Assembly (NCBI GenBank): GCA_030390025.1
Contig: CM059432.1
Span: forward strand, 9,548,001-9,612,000
Direction of reading: 5' to 3'
Length of the DNA stretch: 64,000 nucleotides
Origin: Squalus acanthias
Taxonomy: Eukaryota
In this document: piece after piece, positions 62,806 through 64,000 of the stretch
Layout of the letters: every line of letters starts with the position of its first letter
Position numbering within the stretch: the stretch's first letter is position 1
Notes under the pieces: generated by a model
What the model was told of the DNA's origin: nothing
Database searches by the model: none
The model's input: the letters and a program-made list of their open reading frames with translations, nothing else
Translations under genes and position numbers: made by a program

Positions 62806-64000
62806 TTTATGTAGCACCTTTAACACAGTAAAATGCCCCAAGGTGCTTCACAGTGCACTGCGCTGGTCCACTGGTATCACCAGCAGTAATCTCTAGGTTT
62901 ATATTGGCTCTGAGTCTGTAGAGGAATAGACTTCCCTTATGTGACTCAACAGGGTCGTTTTAAAACTCGACCCGCCCCCGGTGAAAACAGGGCGGGTGGC
63001 GTAGTTAAAATGGCTGCGGCGAACACATTGCCATGTCCCCGCTCCGCCGTCATATTTACCGGGGCCTTCCAATGGGAGTTTACTGCGGTGACAAGAGACA
63101 TTTTAAATTCGATACAGTTTGAATAAAACAAAAGCACTGAATGATTCGTGAAGCGGCACTTTCGGAGCGATTTTAACCCTGCCCGCCCAGCACAGCCCAT
63201 CGAGGTTCCGCTGCTCTTCGCGCAGGTTCCCACTTTAACCTGCGGGGTCCTCGTCAAGTAGGCCGATCGGGGCTCCGACGATGTCATCAGGGCCAGACTG
63301 CAATTTTAACCCGAGGCCCGCCTGAGGAAGCCCGAGTGGCTTTTCCGCCAGAGCAAAACTTCCAGGAGGTGGGGGCCAGAAGAGGCCCAAAAAGAACATT
63401 TTTATGGGGCGAGGCGGGGCAGGATGCTCTTACCCGAGGGCGGGGTTTGCGGGGGGGAAATGGGGGGGGGGGTCCCGGTTCCGTCGGGAAACCCCGGCAG
63501 CTGCCTCCTGGCATGGCGACGTTCCACTCCCGCCGTCGGTTATCTCCCGGGCATCTGGTTGGCGCAGCTTGCCGCGACCCGCCCGGACGCCTGCCAACCC
63601 GAGTTCGAATCGGGCCTTTTGTCTTCCTCTACGGCGGCAGGCCACACACACGCTGCGATCCAGGAGCCGCCTCAGAGAGCAGACACCGCGTCACAGGAGC
63701 AAGAACGAGCAAGGAAGGATGTTCTTGCCATGGAAGGAGTTCAGCGAAGATTCACAAGGCTGATACCTGGGATGGCAGGAATGACATATGAGGAGAGATT
63801 GGGTCGATTGGGCTTATACTCACTGGAGTATAGAAGAATGAGAGGGGATCTCATCGAAACATATAAAATTCTGACTGGTCTGGACAAACTAGATGCAGGA
63901 AGAATGTTCCCGATGGTCGGAGAGTCCAGAACCAGGGGTCATAATCTAAGGATAACGGGCAAACCATTTAGGACAGAAATGAGGAAGAATTTCTTCACCC

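Overview
Vertebrate genomic DNA, most likely from a cartilaginous fish (inferred from the repeat content, not proven). The only host gene is a type II classical cadherin on the minus strand, best matching CDH7. Three coding exons are visible (26124-26348, 15974-16268, 8097-8216), with candidate non-coding first exon(s) and promoter near 47.0-48.2 kb; the gene continues beyond the left edge. Most of the rest is transposon-derived: CR1, L2 and RTE LINE fragments, tRNA-headed SINEs, Harbinger-type Myb/SANT remnants, MITE-like palindromes and a 2.9-kb 16-mer minisatellite. The standout is a Penelope-like (GIY-YIG) retroelement family with four insertions. Each has a target-site duplication (TSD) and a minimal hammerhead-ribozyme motif, intact or remnant. 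Three of the four are asymmetric inverted duplications (one 2.7 kb, two about 0.2 kb) that share the same geometry, with a tail on one side only. A 200-N assembly gap is flanked by a 16-bp direct repeat. All coordinates were read by eye, and repeat boundaries are approximate.
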